A DNA stretch of 64,000 nucleotides from assembly GCA_043808155.1 (NCBI GenBank), contig JAZDFD010000012.1, forward strand, positions 1 to 64,000, in the 5' to 3' direction. Within the stretch, counting starts at the first letter, position 1. Every line of letters starts with the position of its first letter. A program made the translations under genes and the position numbers. A model generated the notes under the pieces. That model worked only from the letters and a program-made list of their open reading frames with translations. It made no database searches and was not told where the DNA came from. Source of the DNA: Candidatus Iainarchaeum sp. (GTDB lineage: Archaea > Iainarchaeota > Iainarchaeia > Iainarchaeales > JAZDFD01). Positions 1 through 9,739 of this stretch are shown in pieces.

Positions 1-192
1 TGAACCTATTTTTTGGTTTGTCTCATATTTTTTTGCTTGAGATAAAAGACTTCTTTTGGGAACGAAATTCATGGTAGAAGAAGCCCGATAAGAATTTTTG
101 GTTTTTTCATTTAATCATCTATTCTGTGTTTGACTTATTATATCGTGTATTGTATAGTGATATTTTTTTAAAATTATAGTATTCGTTTTTAA

Positions 193-516
193 TTATTTAT
201 AAGGGCCAAACTTTTTTTCATTGATAAGAATGTATGCGACAGGCAGTATGATTCCAAACAAAAATACCGCAATCGCATAGTTGTGATTTAAGTGCAAAAG
301 AATTGCAGTAATAATTGAAAAACCAGCCATTACGAAAAGACTATTCCCAACAAGCCTGCTTAACCCAACAATATCGTATTTTTTCTGTTTTTCACGTGGT
401 TCAGTATTATAACCTGCAATAAGTTCATAGCATTTGAAGTGTTTGATTAAAATCCCTAGACTAAATAAAACAAATGCCACCCAGATAAATATTATACTTG
501 CTATGTTCATTTGCAC
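193..516 (-). CDS. DUF3784-like small membrane protein
   Basis: Three hydrophobic segments and a LIAGYNT motif. Confidence 0.6.
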   Translation of the reverse strand: MQMNIASIIFIWVAFVLFSLGILIKHFKCYELIAGYNTEPREKQKKYDIVGLSRLVGNSLFVMAGFSIITAILLHLNHNYAIAVFLFGIILPVAYILINEKKFGPYK

Positions 517-669
517 ACACTCTTATTTTTTGTTTTTTAACAAATATTATTACTTATAACATTCATTAGTTTTAATTTAATCATTACCTACTAAGATGTA
601 TAGAAGATAACGCTTTAATTGGTTACTTTTTTTTCAGTTTTTAGAAAAATCAGAAAAAGTTAATGTATG

Positions 670-1380
670 TTACTCAAGCTTGTCAATCACAACATCAGCG
701 TATTCCAGAGCATCATCAATTGTAAAATTGCCACCGTAGATTCCGCCAACCAGCACAGTGTGAATAAGGTTTTTTGTTCTGAATGAAACAGTTGCATAAG
801 TAAAAACATCCCCTTCTACTTCTCCATCTATTTCAAATCTGTAAGCAATGCTTTCATCACCCTTTGTTGGAGCTGATAAAACTGTAAATCCTTCAGCATC
901 ATTTATTGTCTGTTCCCAGTCAGCAAAACTGTTTTTTGCGCCCTCTGTACTGTCATAAAGGACTAACTCATGCTTTACAACAATGTCTTCCAGCAACACA
1001 TTTGCACTTATTTCTCTCTGAAAAAGAATTTGATACGCTTCCAGCCATCCATTTTCAATGGCTTTTTCCTTGTCGCTCTCTGATTCAAAAGCCTCTTCTT
1101 CTGTGGCGTATCCGCTGGATTCTTCCACTTCAAAATAACCTGATTTAAGATCTTCCAGTGAAAGAGCATAGCTGTCTACAGGACTTTCAAACAAGATTTC
1201 AGCTGGAGTTTCAATAAAATCAGTTTCTTTCACATCGCCTGTTTCATTAGTTATTGTCTGAGGTTCATTAATGGGTGTCTGCGGTTCTGCTGGTTTCTCA
1301 ACATTTTCTGGCTGAGTACATCCTGCCAAAATAATGCCTAAAAAAATCAATGCAACAATCATGCCCTGTGTTCTGTTCAT
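670..1380 (-). CDS. Acidic lipoprotein, function unknown
   Basis: Signal peptide ending in lipobox LAGC; acidic mature part. Confidence 0.6.
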   Translation of the reverse strand: MNRTQGMIVALIFLGIILAGCTQPENVEKPAEPQTPINEPQTITNETGDVKETDFIETPAEILFESPVDSYALSLEDLKSGYFEVEESSGYATEEEAFESESDKEKAIENGWLEAYQILFQREISANVLLEDIVVKHELVLYDSTEGAKNSFADWEQTINDAEGFTVLSAPTKGDESIAYRFEIDGEVEGDVFTYATVSFRTKNLIHTVLVGGIYGGNFTIDDALEYADVVIDKLE

Positions 1381-1471
1381 GTCATTATTAATTGAATAAG
1401 TTGTATAAAAATGTTCCTCTTGGTTTAGCTTTAGGTATTAACATCATCATCGCCTGAAAATAAATCGAAGG

Positions 1472-2992
1472 TTGAAGTTTTTAACATTATCTGATTATTT
1501 GTGTTTTATGAATCTGAATAAAAAGCAGGAAGAATTTCTGAAGCTCATGGATAGAGCTATTGGAAAACCAGAAGGACAAACCGCACTGCTTTTCTCTGGA
1601 GGTGTAGATTCCACTCTGCTTGCAATGCTTCTGAAACGTAAGAAAATCCCATTCGAAGCGTTTATTTCTGTGCTTGATGACTCTGCTTTTGCAGAACCAA
1701 AAGATTTAGCACATGCAAAAAAAGTATCAAAAGAACTTGGATTCAAACTCAATATTGTAAGAGTGAAATTAAACAGATTTGAAAAAGACATTGAAAACAT
1801 TGCGAAAGTGTCGCACTCCCAGAACTCAATTGAGCTGGGTATTTCAAGTACTTTTTATTATGCTGCTGAATTTGCATCAAAAAAGAAATTTAAAACACTT
1901 TATTATGGCTTGGGGCCAGATGAAACTTTCTGCGGATACTCGAAGTTTGAAAATGTGAAAAACATAAATAAATTCTGCAAAGAATGCGCAGAAAAAGCCC
2001 AAAAAACTGAAGTTAAAATAATACAAAGAATTGCAAAAAATTTCAAACTCAAAGTGAATGCCCCGTACATGCAAAAAAAGGTTGTTGACTTTTCACTCGC
2101 AATCCCATCAAAAGAAAAAATCTCAAAAACAAGGAATAAAATCTTCATAAGAGATTTAGCAAATACACTTGGTTTGAAAAAAGAATTTTCTGAACGTAAA
2201 AAATTAGCAACTCAGTATGGCAGTAATTTTGACAAAGCACTGGGTAAAATTGCAAAAAAGAAGTCTTTGGATGGGAAGCAAGCGCTTGTTGAGAGCTTTT
2301 CAAAACCAAAACTCTGTTCTTTATTCAGTTCTGGAAAAGACAGTACTTATTCGCTTTACCTGATGCAAAAGCAGGGTTATGATGTTGTATGTCTTGCAGT
2401 AATGAATACAGTAAACCCAAATTCATACATGTATCACAAACCAGATATGAAATTAGTGGAATTACAATCACAAGCATTGGGAATACCATTGCTAATTCAA
2501 AAAACAAAAGGCGTGAAAGAGAAAGAACTGAGGGAATTAGAGTTACTCTTGAAAAAGGCAAAACAAAAATACTGCATTGAAGGCGTAATCACGGGTGCAT
2601 TATTTTCAAACTACCAAAGAGAACGAATTGCAAAAATCTGTAAAAAACTGAAATTAGAATGTTTCAATCCATTATGGCACAAAAACCAGGAAGAATACAT
2701 GAAAGAATTAATTGACAATGATTTCAAATTCATTTTTACAAGTATTGCCTGTTATGGCCTTGATGAAAAATGGCTTGGTAAAACAATCAATAATGAACAA
2801 TTGAAGAAACTAATTGAATTGAATAAAACAATTGGAATTAACGTTGCGGGCGAAGGCGGAGAATTTGAATCATTGGTCTTAAATGCGCCAAATTTCAGAA
2901 AGAAAATTGAAATACAAAAATCAGAAAAAATAATGGGTAATGAATTTACCGGACTTTTAAAAATAAAAAAAGCAGTGCTGAAAAAGAAATGA
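1472..2992 (+). CDS. Fusion of asparagine-synthase-like PP-loop domain and diphthine-ammonia ligase (Dph6)
   Basis: N-terminal FSGGVDS and G.G.DE.F.GY; C-terminal LFSSGKDS, NSYMYH, PLW, GEGGEFES; start possibly 1508. Confidence 0.8.
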   Translation: MKFLTLSDYLCFMNLNKKQEEFLKLMDRAIGKPEGQTALLFSGGVDSTLLAMLLKRKKIPFEAFISVLDDSAFAEPKDLAHAKKVSKELGFKLNIVRVKLNRFEKDIENIAKVSHSQNSIELGISSTFYYAAEFASKKKFKTLYYGLGPDETFCGYSKFENVKNINKFCKECAEKAQKTEVKIIQRIAKNFKLKVNAPYMQKKVVDFSLAIPSKEKISKTRNKIFIRDLANTLGLKKEFSERKKLATQYGSNFDKALGKIAKKKSLDGKQALVESFSKPKLCSLFSSGKDSTYSLYLMQKQGYDVVCLAVMNTVNPNSYMYHKPDMKLVELQSQALGIPLLIQKTKGVKEKELRELELLLKKAKQKYCIEGVITGALFSNYQRERIAKICKKLKLECFNPLWHKNQEEYMKELIDNDFKFIFTSIACYGLDEKWLGKTINNEQLKKLIELNKTIGINVAGEGGEFESLVLNAPNFRKKIEIQKSEKIMGNEFTGLLKIKKAVLKKK

Positions 2993-2994
2993 AT

Positions 2995-5007
2995 TCACTT
3001 CTTTTCAACTAATTTCTTTGCACGCTTTGCAATGAATTCTGCTGTTAAACCAAATTTCTTCATTAATTCCCATGGTTCACCAGATTCGCCAAAAGTGTCC
3101 ATTACACCCATCATATCAATTGCAACAGGTTCATCAAAGTTCTTATTTCGTGAAACAACACCTGCAACAATATTTCCAAATCCGCCAACTTGGTGTTCTT
3201 CAACAGTAAGAATGCGCTTGGTTTCCTTTGTAGCCTTAATTATGGCTTCATTATCAATTGGTTTTAATGTATGAATATTTACAATTCGTGCTTCAATTCC
3301 AAATTCATTCTTTAAAATCCATGCTGCTCTCATAGCTTCTGAAACCATTGAGCCAGTTGCAATGATTGAAACTGATTCATTTTCATTTTTATATTTTGAA
3401 GCAAGTTTTATTTCAAATGCATCTATGAACTTTTCTTTTTCCCCTCTGAATCTTATTACATTTGCCTTTCCCATTTCAAAAACAGTTTCAGGTTTTGTAA
3501 TAATCGGAACTGCAGTTCTTCCAAATCGCAAATAACACGGACCATAAACATTAAGCACAGCCTCTTTTGTGATTTTTTTATTTTCGTGATAATCACAACC
3601 GCAAAACACATGCATATTTGGTAAAATTGTTGTAAGTGCAAATTCTTCAAGTGATTGATGTGTTGCACCATCCGGGCCAACTGAAATTCCACCATGCGCT
3701 CCGCCAATTTTAACATTCAGGTTTCCATAACATATTGTTGTTCTTATCTGGTCCCATGGCCTCCCAGATGCAAAAACACCATAGGTGCCTGTTATTGGGA
3801 TTTTGCCTTCTTTTGCCAGACCTGCAGCAACCTGCATCATATTTTGTTCTGCAATCCCAACACTAAAAACCCTGTTTTTTCTTTCAGGATGCTTTTTTTC
3901 AAAATCACCTATTTTAATTGAATCTGAAATATCAGCTTGAAGAGTCACAATTCTTTCATCATCCCCAATTTCTGAAAGTGCTTCACCCCATCCATGTCTT
4001 GTGGGTTTCATTTCTGTTTTCATGTTCTGACACGCGTTCCACCAGTAATTTTTTGAAAATTTAGGCATGCCTTTTTCCAGGTCTTCATCAACTTTTTTCT
4101 TAAAGTTATGTGCTTTCTCAAGAATTTTATTTGCTTCTTTTAAATCAAAATTCAATTCTTTCATTGCAGTTTCAAATTCTTCCTTGTTTGGTGCTTTGCC
4201 ATGCCAGCCTGCAACATTTTCCATGAATGAAACGCCTTTCCCTTTCACAGTATGTGCAATTATGACTGTTGGTTTTCCTTTTGTGTTTTCTGCTTCTGAG
4301 TATGCTTTGAGAATTTCTTCAATATTATGTCCGTCAATTTCAATAACATGCCAGTTGAATGCTTTGTATTTTTCTCCAAGAGGATCTATGTTCATTACAT
4401 CCGATACCTTGCCGTCAATCTGAAGTTCATTTTTATCAACAATTGCAACTAAATTATCCAATTTGAAATTTCCTGCTGCCATTGCTGCTTCCCATACAGA
4501 CCCTTCCTGCTGTTCTCCGTCACCCATAATGCAGTAAACCCTGTAAGTTTCACCATCAAGTTTCGCAGCAAGCGCATCTCCGACAGAAATTCCTAACCCC
4601 TGCCCTAAAGAACCTCCGGACATTTCAATGCCTATTTGTTCACACTTCAGTCTGTCAGTATGGCCCTGAAATTTACTTCCAAGTTTTCGAAGTGTTACAA
4701 TATCTTCTTTTGGATAATATCCTAACACGCCAAGTGCGGCATATAATGCAGGAACAACATGTGCCTTGCTTAAAAATAATCTGTCTCTTTTTTTCCAGCA
4801 TGGATTTTTTGGGTCGTGTTTCATATTTCCAAGATATGCAGCAGCAATCAAATCCATTGCAGAAAGAGAACCGCCTGGATGACCCGAACCTGCAGCATGA
4901 ATTCCCATTAATGCATATACGCGCATTAATTTTGCCTTTTCTTTAATTTCTTCAGCTGAATATTTTTTTTCTTTGCCTGTTTTTGAATCAGTTAATCCCA
5001 TTTGCAC
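2995..5007 (-). CDS. tkt: Transketolase, N- and C-terminal domains fused
   Basis: SGHPGGSLS, GSLGQG, GDGE..EG ThDP motif, GIAEQNM, DGATHQ. Confidence 0.92.
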   Translation of the reverse strand: MQMGLTDSKTGKEKKYSAEEIKEKAKLMRVYALMGIHAAGSGHPGGSLSAMDLIAAAYLGNMKHDPKNPCWKKRDRLFLSKAHVVPALYAALGVLGYYPKEDIVTLRKLGSKFQGHTDRLKCEQIGIEMSGGSLGQGLGISVGDALAAKLDGETYRVYCIMGDGEQQEGSVWEAAMAAGNFKLDNLVAIVDKNELQIDGKVSDVMNIDPLGEKYKAFNWHVIEIDGHNIEEILKAYSEAENTKGKPTVIIAHTVKGKGVSFMENVAGWHGKAPNKEEFETAMKELNFDLKEANKILEKAHNFKKKVDEDLEKGMPKFSKNYWWNACQNMKTEMKPTRHGWGEALSEIGDDERIVTLQADISDSIKIGDFEKKHPERKNRVFSVGIAEQNMMQVAAGLAKEGKIPITGTYGVFASGRPWDQIRTTICYGNLNVKIGGAHGGISVGPDGATHQSLEEFALTTILPNMHVFCGCDYHENKKITKEAVLNVYGPCYLRFGRTAVPIITKPETVFEMGKANVIRFRGEKEKFIDAFEIKLASKYKNENESVSIIATGSMVSEAMRAAWILKNEFGIEARIVNIHTLKPIDNEAIIKATKETKRILTVEEHQVGGFGNIVAGVVSRNKNFDEPVAIDMMGVMDTFGESGEPWELMKKFGLTAEFIAKRAKKLVEKK

Positions 5008-6209
5008 ACCTGTTTTGTATTATTAATAACAAACTCTTTCATTCTTTTAAGTCCTTCTTTAATATTTTCACTAGAAGTTGCGTATGAAAGTCTTATGTGT
5101 TCACCTTCACCCTGCACTTTGCCTCCAAAATGAATATCTGAAAGTACTGCAATACCAGCATCTTCCAGAAGCATTCTTCTGAATTCCTCTGCATTCCTTG
5201 CGCAGACTTTTTTACATGCTTCTGTTACATTTGGATATGCATAAAATGCACCCCCCGGTGTTTTACATTTGAAACCGGGAATTTCATTTAATAATTTTAC
5301 AATTAACTGTCTTCGTGTTTTAAATATACTAATCATTTTTTCAGACTCTGTTTGCGGACCTTTTATCGCCTGCAATGCTGCATATTGATTTGGATGTCCT
5401 GCACAAGATTCAACATTAGTAACCCATTTTGAAAGATGTTTTGCAAGTTTTGGATTAATTGCATAACCTATTCTCCAGCCAGTCATGGAGTATGCTTTTG
5501 AAAGCCCATCCATTATAATTGTGTGTTCCTGCATTCCGGGAAGTGATGCAATTGATTCAAATTTTTTATCATAAACAATTCTGCTGTAAATCTCATCTGC
5601 TAAAACAAAGAAATCATATTTTAATGCAAGCTCAGAGATTTCTTCAAGTTCTTTTTTTTGCAGAATTCCGCCGGTTGGATTTTGCGGTGTATTAATAATC
5701 AAAAGTTTTGTATTTTTGTTTACAATATTTGTAAGTGCAGTTAAATCAAATGCAAAATCTTTATCTTCTAACAGATCAAGAGGAACGGCTGTTGTTCCGT
5801 GAACAATTGCCTGTGACTGATAAATTGGATAACCTGGTCTTGGATAAATGACTTCATGACCTTTGCCATATTCTGTTGTTGCCATAATGCTGTAACCAAT
5901 AAATGGTTTTGCACCATTTGCAACAACCACATCATCTGATGAAATATCAACTCCCTTTAATTCAGACTGCATTTCAGCAATGGCAGATCTCAGAGTCAGC
6001 ATTCCTTCAGACGCAGTATAGCCTGTTTTGCCTTCATTTATTGATTTTATAGCGTAGTCTTTGATATGCTGAGGTGTGTCAAAATCTGGCTGGCCTATAC
6101 AGAAACTTATTATGTCCTTACCTCTGTAAATTTGATCCTGAACCTCTTTCAGGACTACAAATGCGTTTTCTGTCCCTAAATTCTTAGTTCTTTCTGATAC
6201 ATTAGGCAT
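4992..6209 (-). CDS. Class I/II PLP-dependent aminotransferase (AspC-like)
   Basis: GQPDF, NTPQNPTG, DEIY, SKAYSMTGWRIG. Confidence 0.9.
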   Translation of the reverse strand: MPNVSERTKNLGTENAFVVLKEVQDQIYRGKDIISFCIGQPDFDTPQHIKDYAIKSINEGKTGYTASEGMLTLRSAIAEMQSELKGVDISSDDVVVANGAKPFIGYSIMATTEYGKGHEVIYPRPGYPIYQSQAIVHGTTAVPLDLLEDKDFAFDLTALTNIVNKNTKLLIINTPQNPTGGILQKKELEEISELALKYDFFVLADEIYSRIVYDKKFESIASLPGMQEHTIIMDGLSKAYSMTGWRIGYAINPKLAKHLSKWVTNVESCAGHPNQYAALQAIKGPQTESEKMISIFKTRRQLIVKLLNEIPGFKCKTPGGAFYAYPNVTEACKKVCARNAEEFRRMLLEDAGIAVLSDIHFGGKVQGEGEHIRLSYATSSENIKEGLKRMKEFVINNTKQVCKWD

Positions 6210-6279
6210 TATCTATTTCCCACCATATATTAGAAAAAAGTTTGAAATGCTTATAAACGTTACTTATGCGTAAACCACA

Positions 6280-7578
6280 CTAAGCCATTAAATCATTGTC
6301 AGACTGTTTTTGAGCATTTAACTTTTTTTTAACAATAATTGTTTTGATTTCGGGTGTACCGCCACCATCAATATTAATCAAATTTTTCTCAGCAGCATAA
6401 ACCCCGATTGTTGTTGCAATATTTGAAATCAAAATAACCAAAAATGTGATTTGCGTTATTTGTATGAAAAAATCATTCTGTTCAAGTCCTAAAACTGCAG
6501 GATATGTTGCAAGTACAGCTGCAGCCAAACCACGCGCCATTAATGCAGTAATAAGTACTCTGTCTTTTTTAACATGAGGATTGATTTTTGCAAAAATCAT
6601 TGCAATTGAACCTCTTGCAAGTATTGCTACCGCCATTATAAGAATCGCAATTCCGAACATTGTCAGATTGAAGGCACTAATTTCAAATATCAGTCCCAAA
6701 TACACAAAGAAAAAAGTTTTAACAAAAAATGAAATTTCTTTATTGAATGAACTTATTGTTCTGTCAAGTTTTAATGGTTCCATTCTGGCAATTGTCATAA
6801 TTTCGGCTGAATTACCCAAAATCAAACCAAAAACCAATGCCGATATTGCACCATTGCCCCCGACAAATTCAACTAAAACATAAATTAAGAAAAGTGTTGC
6901 AACAGTGAGAATATATTCGTATTCTTTTATTGAATTGAAATCTCTTAGTAATTTCAGCCAGATTATTCCTGCAAGCACACCCACAACTGCGGCAATTGAA
7001 AACGCAGCAAAAATATTCTGGGCAACTAATCCAATATCAAGATAATTTGAAATGATTATTTCAAGAATTGCAAGTGCAACAATAACCACAATTGCATCTG
7101 TCAGTGCAGATTCCAGTGTTATAAGTGTTTTTGTTTCAGGAGATGCATTTGTTTTATTTATAATGGGGATTACAATTGCAGAACTAATCCCGCCTGTTAT
7201 TGCACCTAAAAGAAGACCATAAAGTATTGGCCAGCCCAGCATGCTCATAACAAGAGCAGTAAATCCCATGCTCAATGTAAATACAAGTACAGTGAATCCA
7301 GTCGCTTTGCTTAATTGCGTAATCACTCTGTAAAAATTAAGATGAAGTCCGCCTTCAAAAAGAAGCACAATTAACGCAAGTGATGCAAACAAGGGGGAAA
7401 TTCCTTTCAAAACTGCTACTGTTGCAGGATCAACAATCTGCAAAATCGGACCAACCAACAATCCCAAAAGCAAGAGAATCGTAATATCGGAGATTTTTGT
7501 TTTATTAAAAATCAAATTCCCAAAAAAACCAATAATCATTACAACTGCTATAAAAAAGAAAAACATCAGTATTTCCAT
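6280..7578 (-). CDS. Cation/H+ antiporter, CPA1 (NhaP-like)
   Basis: About 12 transmembrane segments; LFEGG, LESALTD, ARGLAAA. Confidence 0.85.
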   Translation of the reverse strand: MEILMFFFFIAVVMIIGFFGNLIFNKTKISDITILLLLGLLVGPILQIVDPATVAVLKGISPLFASLALIVLLFEGGLHLNFYRVITQLSKATGFTVLVFTLSMGFTALVMSMLGWPILYGLLLGAITGGISSAIVIPIINKTNASPETKTLITLESALTDAIVVIVALAILEIIISNYLDIGLVAQNIFAAFSIAAVVGVLAGIIWLKLLRDFNSIKEYEYILTVATLFLIYVLVEFVGGNGAISALVFGLILGNSAEIMTIARMEPLKLDRTISSFNKEISFFVKTFFFVYLGLIFEISAFNLTMFGIAILIMAVAILARGSIAMIFAKINPHVKKDRVLITALMARGLAAAVLATYPAVLGLEQNDFFIQITQITFLVILISNIATTIGVYAAEKNLINIDGGGTPEIKTIIVKKKLNAQKQSDNDLMA

Positions 7579-7632
7579 AGATTAACCCCTCTCTCAAATA
7601 TACTGCATTTCCATTTAAATTCCTTTCCGTAT

Positions 7633-7811
7633 TAATGAAAAATATGAGTGTTATAATGAAAAATAAGAGTGTTATTTTTGTCTCAAGCCGTCACGCCCAG
7701 CTAGTGCGAATATGTGCAGGGTTTCATTGCATTCAACCCTGCGGTAATATGTTTTTGGCAGTTGTTTAAATGGTGAGTTAATGAAAAATAAGAGTGTTAT
7801 ATTCGTCTCAA
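7633..7811 (+). repeat. Triplicated 5' end of rdgB flanking a hairpin element
   Basis: TAATGAAAAATA(T/A)GAGTGTTA at 7633, 7654 and 7779; the last two extend to about 33 bp. Confidence 0.85.
7703..7751 (+). repeat. Dispersed hairpin element, copy 1
   Basis: AATATGT-GCAGGGTT-TCATTGCATTC-AACCCTGC-GGTAATATG. Confidence 0.8.
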
Positions 7812-8350
7812 AAAATCGCTACAAATTTGAGGAAATGAACAACCTGCTTTCAAAATACGGGATTTCACTCTCCATGAATAACTTAGAAGTTCCTGAGAAC
7901 GCAGAAGGAACAATCACAGACGTAGCAATTGATAAAGCAAAAAAAGCATATGCCCTAGTGAAAAAACCCCTTATTATAGAGGACACTGGTGTCTTTTTTG
8001 ATGATTATAACGACTTCCCGGGAATTAACGCAAAACGCGCATATCTTCAGTTAGGTTTCACAGGGCTTCTTGCTCTGGCAAAAGCCACAAAAACAAAAAA
8101 AGCCCATTTCACTACTGTTGTCTGTTATATTTGGGGTCCCAACAAATACAAAACATTTGTTGGCAAAATGTCTGGAACATTATTAACAAAACTTTCCGGA
8201 AAAGAAAAAGACGTGCTTCCTTATGAAAAATTCTTTGTTCCTGAAGGACACAAGAAATCACTCTCACACATCACACGCGAAGAAAAAAACAAATTCTCCC
8301 ACAGAGCAAAAGCAACAGAAAAATTCGGGAAATGGTACGCCCAAAAATAA
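7781..8350 (+). CDS. rdgB: Non-canonical purine NTP pyrophosphatase (RdgB/HAM1)
   Basis: N..K..E, EDTG, FPG, EKNKFSHR. Confidence 0.9.
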   Translation: MKNKSVIFVSKNRYKFEEMNNLLSKYGISLSMNNLEVPENAEGTITDVAIDKAKKAYALVKKPLIIEDTGVFFDDYNDFPGINAKRAYLQLGFTGLLALAKATKTKKAHFTTVVCYIWGPNKYKTFVGKMSGTLLTKLSGKEKDVLPYEKFFVPEGHKKSLSHITREEKNKFSHRAKATEKFGKWYAQK

Positions 8351-8368
8351 GTGAATTGATAACTGATT

Positions 8369-9688
8369 TTATTTTCCCAGAATTTGTTTCATATGCTGAA
8401 CTCTTTTTTCAATGAGTTTTGCTGTTCCGATATCTTTTCTGTAGAAGATTTCACCTTTGACAGTTTCAATTGCATGCTGAGCTTTCTGTTCTGCATCACT
8501 TAATGTGTTTCCAATTCCAACAATTGAAATTGCTCTGCTCCCTGTCATTAAAAGTTTTCCATTTTCTTCATTAACTGCACCGTAGTAAACATTAACTCTT
8601 TTAGACTCTATCTTTGAAATATCAACAACTGCACTGCGTACAGGATTTTCGGGGTAGCCCTTCGGAACAACGTATTTGCATACTGTTGCTTTTTTTGCAA
8701 ATTCTAAGTGTTTTTGTTTCAAATTATTTTCAATCACGCCATAACATGCATCAACAAAATCACTTTCCAAAATTGGCAAACAATTCATTACTTCGGGATC
8801 TCCAAATCTTGAATTGTATTCAATTATTTTAACTCCGTCTTTTGTTAGAATAAAACCACCGTACAAAACACCTTTGTATTTTTCACCAGTTTCTTCCAGT
8901 AAAGCTTTTGCAACTTTTACTGAAATCTCATGTGCCGTTTGCAAATCTTTCTTTTTTAAAAATGGAAGAAGATGATTTTCACATGAATAAGAACCCATTC
9001 CACCGCAGTTAGGGCCTGTGTCATTTTCATAAGCACGCTTATGATCCTGCGCAACCACGCAGTCAACAACATTGACTCCGTCAGTTAAACTCTGCAATGA
9101 GAATTCTTCTCCTTCTAATTTTTCCTCAACAATAACACGCGGATGTTTTCCCAAAACTTCTTTGCAATATTTTATTGCATCATTAACATCTTTCAGATGA
9201 TCGTCCTGAACTTTAACTCCTTTTCCCCCAGTTAACCCATCTGGTTTTATCACAAATCCGTTAAGTGATTCAATAAACTCTTTAATTCCCTCAATGTTCT
9301 CAAAAATCTTAAATTTTGGATTTCCCGGAATCTTATACTTTATAATAAGTTCTCTTGCAAATGATTTGCTTGATTCTAATTTTGCAAGTTCTTTTTTTGG
9401 TCCGATGGATGGAATTCCAATCCTCTCCAACTCATCCGCCGCCCCTATTGCAATTGGGTCATCCGGACCTAAAAATGCAAAATCAACTTTATTTTCAGAT
9501 GCGAATTTTTTCACATTTTCAAAATCTAAGGTATCTCCAAATTTGAATTTTGCAGATTTTTTTATAACACCTGGATTCTTTGCATCCATATATGAATAAA
9601 GTTCAACTTTCTGGGCACTTTTTTTAATAGCTTCTGCAATACAATCCGCACGCGCAGTTTTGCCTATAAGAAGAATCTTTACAGTCAT
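8369..9688 (-). CDS. purD: Phosphoribosylamine-glycine ligase
   Basis: LESSK.FA, KPDGLTGGKGV, QDHKR, GPNCGGMG, EYNSRFGDPE. Confidence 0.95.
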   Translation of the reverse strand: MTVKILLIGKTARADCIAEAIKKSAQKVELYSYMDAKNPGVIKKSAKFKFGDTLDFENVKKFASENKVDFAFLGPDDPIAIGAADELERIGIPSIGPKKELAKLESSKSFARELIIKYKIPGNPKFKIFENIEGIKEFIESLNGFVIKPDGLTGGKGVKVQDDHLKDVNDAIKYCKEVLGKHPRVIVEEKLEGEEFSLQSLTDGVNVVDCVVAQDHKRAYENDTGPNCGGMGSYSCENHLLPFLKKKDLQTAHEISVKVAKALLEETGEKYKGVLYGGFILTKDGVKIIEYNSRFGDPEVMNCLPILESDFVDACYGVIENNLKQKHLEFAKKATVCKYVVPKGYPENPVRSAVVDISKIESKRVNVYYGAVNEENGKLLMTGSRAISIVGIGNTLSDAEQKAQHAIETVKGEIFYRKDIGTAKLIEKRVQHMKQILGK

Positions 9689-9739
9689 AATCTCTCACAC
9701 CTTAATTAAAAGAAAGAGAATTGTTTTTTTATTATTAAC

